A stretch of DNA of 45,913 nt from Candidatus Pacearchaeota archaeon (GTDB lineage Archaea > Nanobdellota > Nanobdellia > Pacearchaeales > GW2011-AR1). The position numbers and the translations under genes were made by a program. Shown here piece after piece: positions 1 through 7,900 of the stretch. The stretch lies in NCBI GenBank assembly GCA_046706965.1, contig JBJKOX010000012.1, positions 1-45,913 of the forward strand. The letters run 5' to 3'. The notes beneath the pieces were generated by a model, which was given only the letters and a program-made list of their open reading frames with translations, made no database searches and was not told the origin of the DNA. How positions within the stretch are numbered: position 1 is the stretch's first letter; every line of letters begins with the position of its first letter.

Positions 1-60
1 GAAATAGGTTATAGCTCCGGCCACTATGATACTAAAAATGGCTTTTGTTATGAATTTCAT
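1..60 (-). CDS. 5' end of a membrane/secreted protein gene that runs off the window (partial)
   Basis: The reverse complement of 1-60 reads MKFITKAIFSIIVAGAITYF, a hydrophobic N-terminus. A TTTTATAAA TATA-like box lies on the minus strand at 82-90, about 25 nt upstream. Only 20 codons are visible. Confidence 0.3.
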   Translation of the reverse strand, partial: MKFITKAIFSIIVAGAITYF

Positions 61-133
61 CCTAAATTTAATACATGTATCTTTATAAAATTTCTCTGAA
101 AAAATTTATTAACTCTTCTTTTGTTGTAAGTGT

Positions 134-325
134 ATGAATTTTGTAAGTAGAACTGTAACAGGGATTATACTAATTGTCTTTGGAATTGCACTGATTATAA
201 TGTCTTTTTGGAGTCATTTTATAACCTTAATCTATGGCATTCCTATTCTTATACTTGGCATTTTCATTTTATTCAATAAGAATGAAGATAAAATAGAGCA
301 AATTGTGAAAGGAGGTAAGAGATAG
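134..325 (+). CDS. small membrane protein with two predicted TM helices, hypothetical
   Basis: The 63-aa ORF has two hydrophobic stretches (TGIILIVFGIALIIMSF and IYGIPILILGIFILF). It ends 3 nt before the next gene, whose AGGAGG SD sits inside its 3' end, which suggests an operon. Confidence 0.4.
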   Translation: MNFVSRTVTGIILIVFGIALIIMSFWSHFITLIYGIPILILGIFILFNKNEDKIEQIVKGGKR

Positions 326-328
326 GGT

Positions 329-643
329 ATGATAGTTACTACGGGGTATGATATACCTGAGAAGAAGATTGTAAAAATCCTTGGAATTGTTAGGGGTAAT
401 ACGGTGCGTGCTAGGAATATAGGGAGGGATATAGGTGCAGGACTTAAGAATATTATAGGGGGTGAAATAAAGACCTATACAGACATGGCAAGTGATTCTA
501 GAGATGAAGCATATAATAGGATGGTCAATGAGGCAATAAAACTAAAGGCGGACGCAATAATAGGTATGAGATTTATGACTTCTACAATAATGTCTGGCGC
601 GTCTGAAATGCTTGCCTTTGGGACTGCAGTAAAACTAAAATAA
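329..643 (+). CDS. ybjQ: YbjQ/UPF0145 (DUF74) family protein
   Basis: The 104-aa protein shows the family pattern along its full length: MIVTT...IVRGNTVRARNIGRDIGAGLKNIIGGEI..Y......R.EA..RM..EA...GADAIIGMRF.TS.I..G.SE.LA.GTAVKL. An AGGAGGT SD lies upstream. Confidence 0.85.
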   Translation: MIVTTGYDIPEKKIVKILGIVRGNTVRARNIGRDIGAGLKNIIGGEIKTYTDMASDSRDEAYNRMVNEAIKLKADAIIGMRFMTSTIMSGASEMLAFGTAVKLK

Positions 644-722
644 TTTTTGTTTACAAATTTTATTTTATAACTTTCCGGGCGAAGAATATGGTAAATAAAT
701 ACACGTTTTAAATTTTGAAGTT

Positions 723-1346
723 CTAAATTAATTTTTGCGACCTTTTTATTCGCTCAATAACTTTTTCTAGTATTACTCCTCCAAATACTACTATAACTAA
801 GATTACAAGGGCAGCGATTTCTACACGTTTAAAATATTTTGCAACAGTGAGATATGCCTCACCTGTATAAAATCCTAGCACTAAAAAAAAGAGTGAGTAT
901 AATATTGAAATTAATACCGAAAAGGTAAAAAATTTTTTTACAGGGACTTTTATGGCACCTGCCATGACAAGCCCAACAGCAGGAAGGGGAGGTATTAATT
1001 TTATCAATGCCATGGTCTTTCCTGTGTGATTTTTAAGACCATACTCTATCCTATCAATGGTTTTACTCTTGACTTTTTGCTTCTTTAGGTATTTTTCTGT
1101 AATTTTATTCTTTCCTACATGGCCTATGTAATAATAGATGAAATCTCCTATGACACTCCCTGCAACTGAGAGGCCAAAGATGATATAAATGTTAAAAATT
1201 CTCAGTGAAGCAGCGAAAGAGGTTAGATATGTTATGAGTGGACCTTCAATACACATTAGGATAAAAATTAGAAAATAGCTACTGCCTTGTATTGCTTCAA
1301 GAGATGTCCCTGCTATTAACAATGACGATGTTGACATTAGGACCAT
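723..1346 (-). CDS. DedA/SNARE-associated (VTT domain) membrane protein
   Basis: The 207-aa multi-TM protein has a DedA-like core: CIEGPLITYLTSFAASL....AGSVIGDFIYYYIGHVGKNKI. Confidence 0.65.
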   Translation of the reverse strand: MVLMSTSSLLIAGTSLEAIQGSSYFLIFILMCIEGPLITYLTSFAASLRIFNIYIIFGLSVAGSVIGDFIYYYIGHVGKNKITEKYLKKQKVKSKTIDRIEYGLKNHTGKTMALIKLIPPLPAVGLVMAGAIKVPVKKFFTFSVLISILYSLFFLVLGFYTGEAYLTVAKYFKRVEIAALVILVIVVFGGVILEKVIERIKRSQKLI

Positions 1347-1432
1347 TATCTGGTGTGTTTAATAAACGTTGCGAAGCAGTCGACTGAAAAACAATTTACT
1401 GTCCCAAATTTATTATACCCTCTTTTTTAAAA

Positions 1433-1527
1433 AGCCTGTGGAGGGATTTGAACCCCCGACCCCCGGTTCTTTTGGAATTTTCTAAAAATCGTACAAAACC
1501 GATGCTCTGCCACTGAGCTACACAGGC
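1433..1527 (-). tRNA. tRNA-Thr(UGU) with a ~23-nt intron after position 37
   Basis: The minus strand folds as GCCTGTG/TA/GCTC-AGTGGCA-GAGC/A/TCGGT-TTTGTA[intron CGATTTTTAGAAAATTCCAAAAG]A-ACCGG/GGGTC/GGGGG-TTCAAAT-CCCTC/CACAGGC. The acceptor, D, anticodon and T stems all pair. A TATA-like TTTTAAA lies about 26 nt upstream. Confidence 0.75.
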
Positions 1528-1581
1528 TTGTAATTTAGAAAAATGAATAGTTTAAAACGTTTTCCTTTGTTAAGATATTTC

Positions 1582-2199
1582 TTATTCTTTTTCTTCCCCA
1601 GGTTTCTTATCCTCTTCTTTTACAGTCTTCTTCTTAATCTTTACCTCTTCAATTTTTTCAGGCTCAAATATCTTTTCTACTTTGAAATACTTGATTTCAC
1701 AAAGTGATAGGGGGTAAATCTTCTTTAAGATCAAACTGAATTTTTTTTGAAGTCTTCCTTTCAATATCTCGTCAAAAAGTTCATTTCTTGTTTTGGTTTT
1801 TATGTATTTTTTGACCTCTTCGTCTGCTTTTTCACGGAGTGCTTTCCTTACTGCTCTTGAGACTTTCTTTCTTGTCACAAGAAAGACCTTCACTCTGACT
1901 CTTCCATCATTACATTCTGTAGAGAAAGAATCTTCAATATAATTTGTGCCTTTCCTAACCATTCTTCTTAAGAAATAAGGGAGAACCACTGTTTCAACAG
2001 GTTCGCTTGTGGCTTTTCCATCATGGATATGCGTTTTTAGTGTCAAAAGCATGCTTTTCCCTCTAAGCAATCTTGTTAGATCGTACTTTATGAATCTTCC
2101 TTCTAACTCCTTGATATCAAAAGCATAAAGCTGAGTTTCTTTCCCAAGTATGGGCATTTCAACATCAAAAAATTTTTGTTTTCTTTTTGCTTGCGCCAT
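1582..2199 (-). CDS. rps3ae: 30S ribosomal protein S3Ae (eS1)
   Basis: The 205-aa protein starts with ...KQKFFDVEMPILGKETQLYAF.....GRFIKYDLTRLLRGKSMLL, typical of archaeal S3Ae. Its start is 1 nt from the stop of the upstream L44e gene. Confidence 0.9.
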   Translation of the reverse strand: MAQAKRKQKFFDVEMPILGKETQLYAFDIKELEGRFIKYDLTRLLRGKSMLLTLKTHIHDGKATSEPVETVVLPYFLRRMVRKGTNYIEDSFSTECNDGRVRVKVFLVTRKKVSRAVRKALREKADEEVKKYIKTKTRNELFDEILKGRLQKKFSLILKKIYPLSLCEIKYFKVEKIFEPEKIEEVKIKKKTVKEEDKKPGEEKE

Positions 2200-2200
2200 T

Positions 2201-2512
2201 TTACTCCTGTACTACTTTACCGGCCCTCTTACCCTTTTTCTGATACTTTGATTTTCCACATTTTTCACAGGTGTACATTATATTTGTCTTTTTATTTGTT
2301 TTTGTCTTTCTTTTATTTTTTGTTATTGGTGGCTTAGAGCCCCATTTTCCTTTATTACCTATCCCCCTACCTAAACCTCTTAATTTCGCTCTATATTTAG
2401 CACCTCTTGTCTGCGTCCCTCTTCTGAATCCAGTTCCTACTAATTTAATCTTCTGAGTGGTTTTTTCGTTACAATATGGACAGAATCTTTTCACTGTCTT
2501 TGGAACTTTCAT
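2201..2512 (-). CDS. rpl44e: 50S ribosomal protein L44e (eL42)
   Basis: The 103-aa, very basic protein has a split zinc ribbon (CPYC...CEKC) and the MKVPKTVKRFCPYCNEKT N-terminus typical of L44e. Confidence 0.85.
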   Translation of the reverse strand: MKVPKTVKRFCPYCNEKTTQKIKLVGTGFRRGTQTRGAKYRAKLRGLGRGIGNKGKWGSKPPITKNKRKTKTNKKTNIMYTCEKCGKSKYQKKGKRAGKVVQE

Positions 2513-2557
2513 AGAACTGAGAGAAAAAGTGAGTTTTTAAAGCTTATTAGTTAGAAA

Positions 2558-2629
2558 TGGCCTCGCCCGGAATTGAACCGGGGTTACTTCCACGTCAAGG
2601 AGGCGTCTTAACCACTGGACTACGAGGCC
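2558..2629 (-). tRNA. tRNA-Val(GAC)
   Basis: The minus strand reads GGCCTCG TA GTCC AGTGGTTA AGAC G CCTCC TTGACGT GGAAG TAAC CCCGG TTCAATT CCGGG CGAGGCC A. The cloverleaf is good apart from one C28-A42 mismatch in the anticodon stem. A TTTAAATA box lies about 28 nt upstream. Confidence 0.75.
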
Positions 2630-2684
2630 TTTTAAGTGTAAGACATTTGAAAATATTTAAATATAATGATTTATAACATTTATA

Positions 2685-2894
2685 ATGGATATCCTTCCAA
2701 AAAAAAGAGGCCCAAAAATAATTTATCTTATAGTATATCTTATTTTTGGACTTTATTTTATTAATTTTCCCTTTCAGTTTGTAAAAATTCCTGCTGCTGT
2801 AATGAGTGTTAATCAATGGATTGTTCTTGTGGGAGGGATTCTGATCCTTCTAGGCGCGGTTAATTACTTCAAGGTTAAACGCAGGGCTTTTTAG
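2685..2894 (+). CDS. small membrane protein with two TM helices, hypothetical
   Basis: The 69-aa ORF has two hydrophobic segments (IIYLIVYLIFGLYFINF and WIVLVGGILILLGAV) and a basic C-terminus. Confidence 0.35.
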   Translation: MDILPKKRGPKIIYLIVYLIFGLYFINFPFQFVKIPAAVMSVNQWIVLVGGILILLGAVNYFKVKRRAF

Positions 2895-2927
2895 GGAAAT
2901 CTCATTTTTGGTAAATCTAAATTCTTA

Positions 2928-2964
2928 CTTAATAACTTAATAATTTACTAAGTAAGTTATTAAG
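2928..2964. promoter_or_regulatory. perfect 12-bp inverted repeat with a 13-nt spacer, candidate operator (alternatively a terminator hairpin)
   Basis: CTTAATAACTTA (2928-2939) and TAAGTTATTAAG (2953-2964) are exact reverse complements. The repeat lies 5 nt upstream of the TTTATATA box at 2970-2977 and about 50 nt upstream of the RHH-like ORF. Confidence 0.4.
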
Positions 2965-2969
2965 AAACA

Positions 2970-2977
2970 TTTATATA
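2970..2977 (+). promoter_or_regulatory. putative archaeal TATA box for the RHH / 616-aa / 2291-aa gene string
   Basis: TTTATATA lies about 36-43 nt upstream of the ATG at 3013, leaving room for a short leader that carries the GGGGTGG SD at 3003-3009. Confidence 0.35.
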
Positions 2978-3012
2978 ATCTATTTTTTTAATTTGTGCTG
3001 TAGGGGTGGTTT

Positions 3013-3147
3013 ATGAAAAAATATTTGCTTCTTATTGAAGATGAGGAATTATGGGAGAAGTTCAAGAAAAGTATAGAAAAAGATATTAATACAGAAATTA
3101 TCGAATTGGTGAAAAAGAAAGTAAAGGAGGGTAAAAATGGAAAGTAA
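3013..3147 (+). CDS. 44-aa ribbon-helix-helix (Arc/CopG-like) putative DNA-binding protein
   Basis: MKKYLLLIEDEELWEKFKKSIEKDINTEIIELVKKKVKEGKNGK is absent from the ORF track because it is under 60 aa. The pattern is a beta-strand (YLLLIE), helix (EELWEKFKKSI), a loop ending in N-T-E as in Arc/CopG, and a second helix. A GGGGTGG SD lies 4-10 nt upstream. The ORF overlaps the next gene by 11 nt. Confidence 0.45.
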   Translation: MKKYLLLIEDEELWEKFKKSIEKDINTEIIELVKKKVKEGKNGK

Positions 3148-4987
3148 GAAAGCTCAAGTTACTATTTTTATAATCATAGCAGTTGTGATTGTAGCTGCAG
3201 GGTTAATCTTTTTCCTTGTTCGTTTTAATACAAATAAAACTCAACAAGTTCCATCGAGCCTGCAACCTGTTTATAATTCATTTTTAACGTGCCTTCAGCA
3301 AGAGACCTCTATGGGTATTAATGTCTTGGAGAATCAGGGGGGCTATATTTACCTCCCTCCTTTTACTCCAGGGTCAAGTTACATGCCTTTCGGATCTCAG
3401 CTTAACTTTTTAGGAAATCCCATACCTTATTGGTATTACGTTTCTGGGAATAATATTCCGACCCAGCAAGTGCCTTCTATGAATGATATGGAATCACAAC
3501 TCGCAAAGTTCATAGACCAGGGCATTCAGAATTGTGATTTTCAAGGATACGGATCCCAAGGATTTGATATCTCTTTGGGATCTCCTAATGCCACTGTAAC
3601 TATTTCAGACAATAATGTTCAAGTTAATCTTAATGCAGATTTGAGTATTACCGGGAAAAATGCAACTACTATAATCAGTAGCCATAAAGTTACAGTGAAC
3701 TCTGAACTAGGTACACTTTACAATTCTGCTGTCAAGATTTATGATTACGAGCAAAAAAGCATGTTTCTTGAAAACTATAGTATCGATACACTTTGGTCCT
3801 ATGCTCCTGTAGATGGTGTGGACATAAGTTGTGCACCGAAAACATGGAATGCAAACAATGTTTTCTCGACATTGAGGACAGCAATAGCTGAGAATACAAA
3901 TACATTAGTCAATGGCGGTTCTAAAACTAATTATTTTAATGTAAAACTTCCTGTAAGTCAAGATGTCAGATTTTTGAATTCCCCTAACTGGTCAAGCAGT
4001 TATCAGGTTGATCCTACAGAAGGTAATAGCCCGGTAATGACCGCTGGCCCTGTAGGTAATCAACAAGGATTAGGAATTTTAGGATTTTGCTATGTTCCTT
4101 ATCACTTTGTTTATAGCATTAAATATCCCGTATTAGTCCAAGTCCTGTCTTCTGAAAATGCACAGGAAATTTTCCAGTTTCCGTTTGCAGTAGTCATAGA
4201 AAATAATAATCCAAGAGAACCATTAAACACCACTGCATTTAATTCTTCTCAAGGTTCTCAACTATGTTCAGCAGGAACTTCACCAATACAGGTAACTACT
4301 ACGAATGTGGCAGGAGATCCTCTTGCAGCTAATATTTCATACTCGTGTGCTGATGCCACCTGCGGGGTAGGGGAAACATCTTCAGGGGGGACTCTTAATG
4401 GTAACTTCCCTCAATGTGTAAATGGATATGTAATTGCTTCTGCACCAGGATATGAGGATGCAAAATATCTTCTTACAACAACAACACCAGGGAGTGTTAG
4501 CATTGCTCTTCAAAAACTTTATTCTGAAAACATAATGCTCCAGGTTGATGGGCAACCCTATGAAGGTCCGGCTACTATAAGTTTTAATTCTCCAGACTTA
4601 TCCACCACCATATCTTATCCCCAGCAAAAAACCATTCAGCTTGCCGAAGGACAGTATCAGATTCAGGTTAATATATACAAAAATACCTCCATTACACTTC
4701 CAGCTACGACATCACAACAATGCACAACCGTTCCACAATCTGGCGTTTTAGGGCTTCTTGGACTTACTCAAAAAAATTGTTTTACAGTAAATGTGCCTCA
4801 ACAAATAATTTCAAATGCCCTTTCAGGAGGAGGTAATCAGACAGAGTTCATATTGGGCTCTGAGCTTCAGGCCTCAAATACAATCACAATAAATGCATCA
4901 AGCCTCCCTGTTCCAAAAACTATTCAGGATGTTCAGACAAACAATCTCTTGATAGGGCAGCAAGGCCTAGGCATAACATTCCAATAA
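3137..4987 (+). CDS. 616-aa extracellular or cell-surface protein with a pilin-like (class III-like) N-terminal signal/anchor
   Basis: There is a strong AGGAGGG SD. The N-terminus MESKKA-QVTIFIIIAVVIVAAGLIFFLV has the basic-then-A/G-then-Q plus hydrophobic-helix layout of archaeal prepilin-type signals. The rest is S/T/N/Q/G/P-rich and K/E-poor, with many N-x-S/T sequons and paired cysteines. Confidence 0.75.
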   Translation: MESKKAQVTIFIIIAVVIVAAGLIFFLVRFNTNKTQQVPSSLQPVYNSFLTCLQQETSMGINVLENQGGYIYLPPFTPGSSYMPFGSQLNFLGNPIPYWYYVSGNNIPTQQVPSMNDMESQLAKFIDQGIQNCDFQGYGSQGFDISLGSPNATVTISDNNVQVNLNADLSITGKNATTIISSHKVTVNSELGTLYNSAVKIYDYEQKSMFLENYSIDTLWSYAPVDGVDISCAPKTWNANNVFSTLRTAIAENTNTLVNGGSKTNYFNVKLPVSQDVRFLNSPNWSSSYQVDPTEGNSPVMTAGPVGNQQGLGILGFCYVPYHFVYSIKYPVLVQVLSSENAQEIFQFPFAVVIENNNPREPLNTTAFNSSQGSQLCSAGTSPIQVTTTNVAGDPLAANISYSCADATCGVGETSSGGTLNGNFPQCVNGYVIASAPGYEDAKYLLTTTTPGSVSIALQKLYSENIMLQVDGQPYEGPATISFNSPDLSTTISYPQQKTIQLAEGQYQIQVNIYKNTSITLPATTSQQCTTVPQSGVLGLLGLTQKNCFTVNVPQQIISNALSGGGNQTEFILGSELQASNTITINASSLPVPKTIQDVQTNNLLIGQQGLGITFQ

Positions 4988-4988
4988 A

Positions 4989-7900
4989 ATGAAAATAACT
5001 TTTACAGAAGATAATAGAATAAAAAGGCAAGGAACAAATAAGAATATGAAAAATATATTCCTAATTTTAGGAACAATTTTTTTAATGTTTTTTTTAGTTT
5101 CTCAGGTTTCTGCAACCTATCAAACAACTTATAATCCTGCATTCTCCCCTACATCAACGAATTATAATGTTGGAAACATATTATCCATAATTGGAAATAA
5201 CCAGTGTTCTCCTTCACAAGATTTCATTTTACAGATTAATCCAACAGGGTGCGAGGACACTCCTGTTAGAAGTGATCTTCTTGCAGATCAGAATGTCCCT
5301 GTATTTTGCCCTGTTATTGCAACGAAAATAAATCCCCTCATCAATGTTAATGACATAAATTCAATAACCTTCACAGGAAATTTTCCTCCAGGGGTTGAAG
5401 GAGTAACTTTTGTTCCATACAGGGCTGCACTTTCTCCCGCAACCATAACTTCAACAGGCGTATCTCTTCAGACAGGGCTTACACAACAACAAATAGGGGG
5501 AAATATAGGTTATGTTGTAATAGTTTTAAAACAACAGGCAAATGAATCTGCAATTCCAAAATGGATAAACGGAACATTAACTGCTCACATGAATTATAAT
5601 ATTCAGAATGCATTTGGTGTAGGTCAAGTAAACTATTATCTTCCAGACACGACAGATCAGCAATGGGCACAGAATTATAACTCCTATAGTTTCTGGGGGG
5701 GACGTGGATTCCTTCGTGCTACAGGTATAACAGGCAATAGTGCTACGATTTCTGTTTATTCTTCAACTAATGTTCCAAATACACCCGGGAATCAGAAAGT
5801 CCTTGTTTCACAATCCACACTAAATGTGGGGCAAACCTCCTCAAGCATACCTATCTCAGGGTTTAGCTATTGTTTCGGAAATATGAACGTTAAACTTAAT
5901 GGTCTTCAAAATCCAGATACTATGGCGAAGCTTGATGTAAATGGGAATACCCTTGAACTTCCTGCCGGGCAATCTTTCATAAATGGGCAGTGCAAACTTA
6001 ACAGCGTTTCTGCTCAGGGGATAGTGAGTACGGCAAGCATTTCGTGCCAAACTGATACAGGAAATGTAAATTTACCTCCTCTCACTATAAGCCCACAAAT
6101 TAATCTTTCCGTTAATGGGGCCCCTTCAAAAGCATACAGCGTCGGAGACCTCCTTTCAGCAACGTCAGATCCTTCAGAATTCGTTTATTTGGGATATATC
6201 GGAAGAGATAGCAGTGGCAATCTTTTCATAGTTCCAGTAGTAAGTCCTGCACAAAGTTCTGCAGCATTTAAACAAACAACCATCTATAATGCTTTGCCTG
6301 CTGCTATGCAATATATGTCTTGGAATTCTGGGAGCAAATCTGAAAATTTACTCAAGTCTGTTCTCGGAACTCTTGCAGGCAGCCTAGGTTCAAGTACCAG
6401 TTGGCTTGTAGCTGGAACAGCCCCTCTAGGCACAATAACTCAAGCATCAAATGGAGGAAAAGGTACTTTCAATTCCTTTAATAATATAGCTGTACTCTCT
6501 GAAACAATAAATAACCTTTTCTCTAGCGGTAATGTGCAGGATATAGTAAATAATATTAATATAAATGGACTAGTTGGCCCACAAGACGTCCCTCTTTCAG
6601 GAGATTCCAAGACATATTATGATAATGCCATAAAGGATTATCAATCCGTAATTGCAAGTTACTCCCAGGCTTCTTATCCTGATGGAAACCCCGTAACTTT
6701 TGGAGAAGAGACTTTGGCTCATGAGGCACAATTCAGTTATGATATGGGACAGAAGGCAACAGCCCAACAGCTTTGCAAACAACTTTCAAATTCATATCCC
6801 GATTCTCAACTTATACCCAACTTTTGTTCAAATTTGGACGCTTTGGCCAGCCCAACTACATCTTCACAAAGTGTTAACATAAATGGACAAACTTATGATA
6901 TCTCTTTAGAAGATGTAATTCAGCCTACCCTTAGTGATTATGGTGTTAATATTACTATAAATCAACCAGGGCAACCGACTTTGTATGCTCAGCTATCCAA
7001 GAATCAGAGATATTATATTTCCAGTACAGACTACATTTCTCTTACGGGACTTACTGCTAACTCTGCGACGTTTGATATTAGCGGAGTAACACCCCCTGCA
7101 TTACAGCAATACACAATCGCTTCCTCAAGTATAACTGCACAATTAAATGGCCCATATCAAACTTTTGGTAAAAATAAATATACTCTTGCGGTTACAGGAA
7201 TAAATCTCCATCAACTAGCTAGTGTAACTGTGCAACCTAATATAAATTATATGAATACTAATGCATCGTTCCCTTTCAATATCGGTGTTGAGAAGAGAGC
7301 AATAAGCCTTACTCCAAATCAAACGAGAAGCTTAATGAATTCAACTACAGATAAAATCCAGAAATGGACTTCAATATCAAACCAGCTTGGAACTGTTGTG
7401 ACTGATATGCAAGACACATGCCAGGCTGTTGGTGCTTATTTAACTATAAAGAATTTCATTTCTGATTTAAGTGGAGAAGGGCTTGCACGGGCTAAGGTTA
7501 TGAGTGGGCCTAACGGGTGGGCACAGAAATGTGCTGATGCGGTGAAGAACAAAAAGGATCCTGATACTGGTGCTCCTGCAACTTATACTAGCGTTGATGC
7601 TTGTCTTATCGCACACTCTTCTGAAATAGATAATGCTGTTACAGTTTATCAGAATGCGATGAATTCTCAGGATCAAACATACAAAAATATTCAGTCACAA
7701 CCAGGTGTTTCGTCGAGTTCAAATTTCTTAGGACAAACTGTTGTGGATAACTCAAAGGTTTTGGCTGCGACGGTTACTTCTACTGCAACAAGTGCTGTTG
7801 CTTCAGAGGCAAGTAGCGCAGGACTCAGTACCATAAAAATCAAGGGACAAAATGTGCCTGTCAGTGAGATAATGAATGCAGTGTCTCCTACTAATATTGA

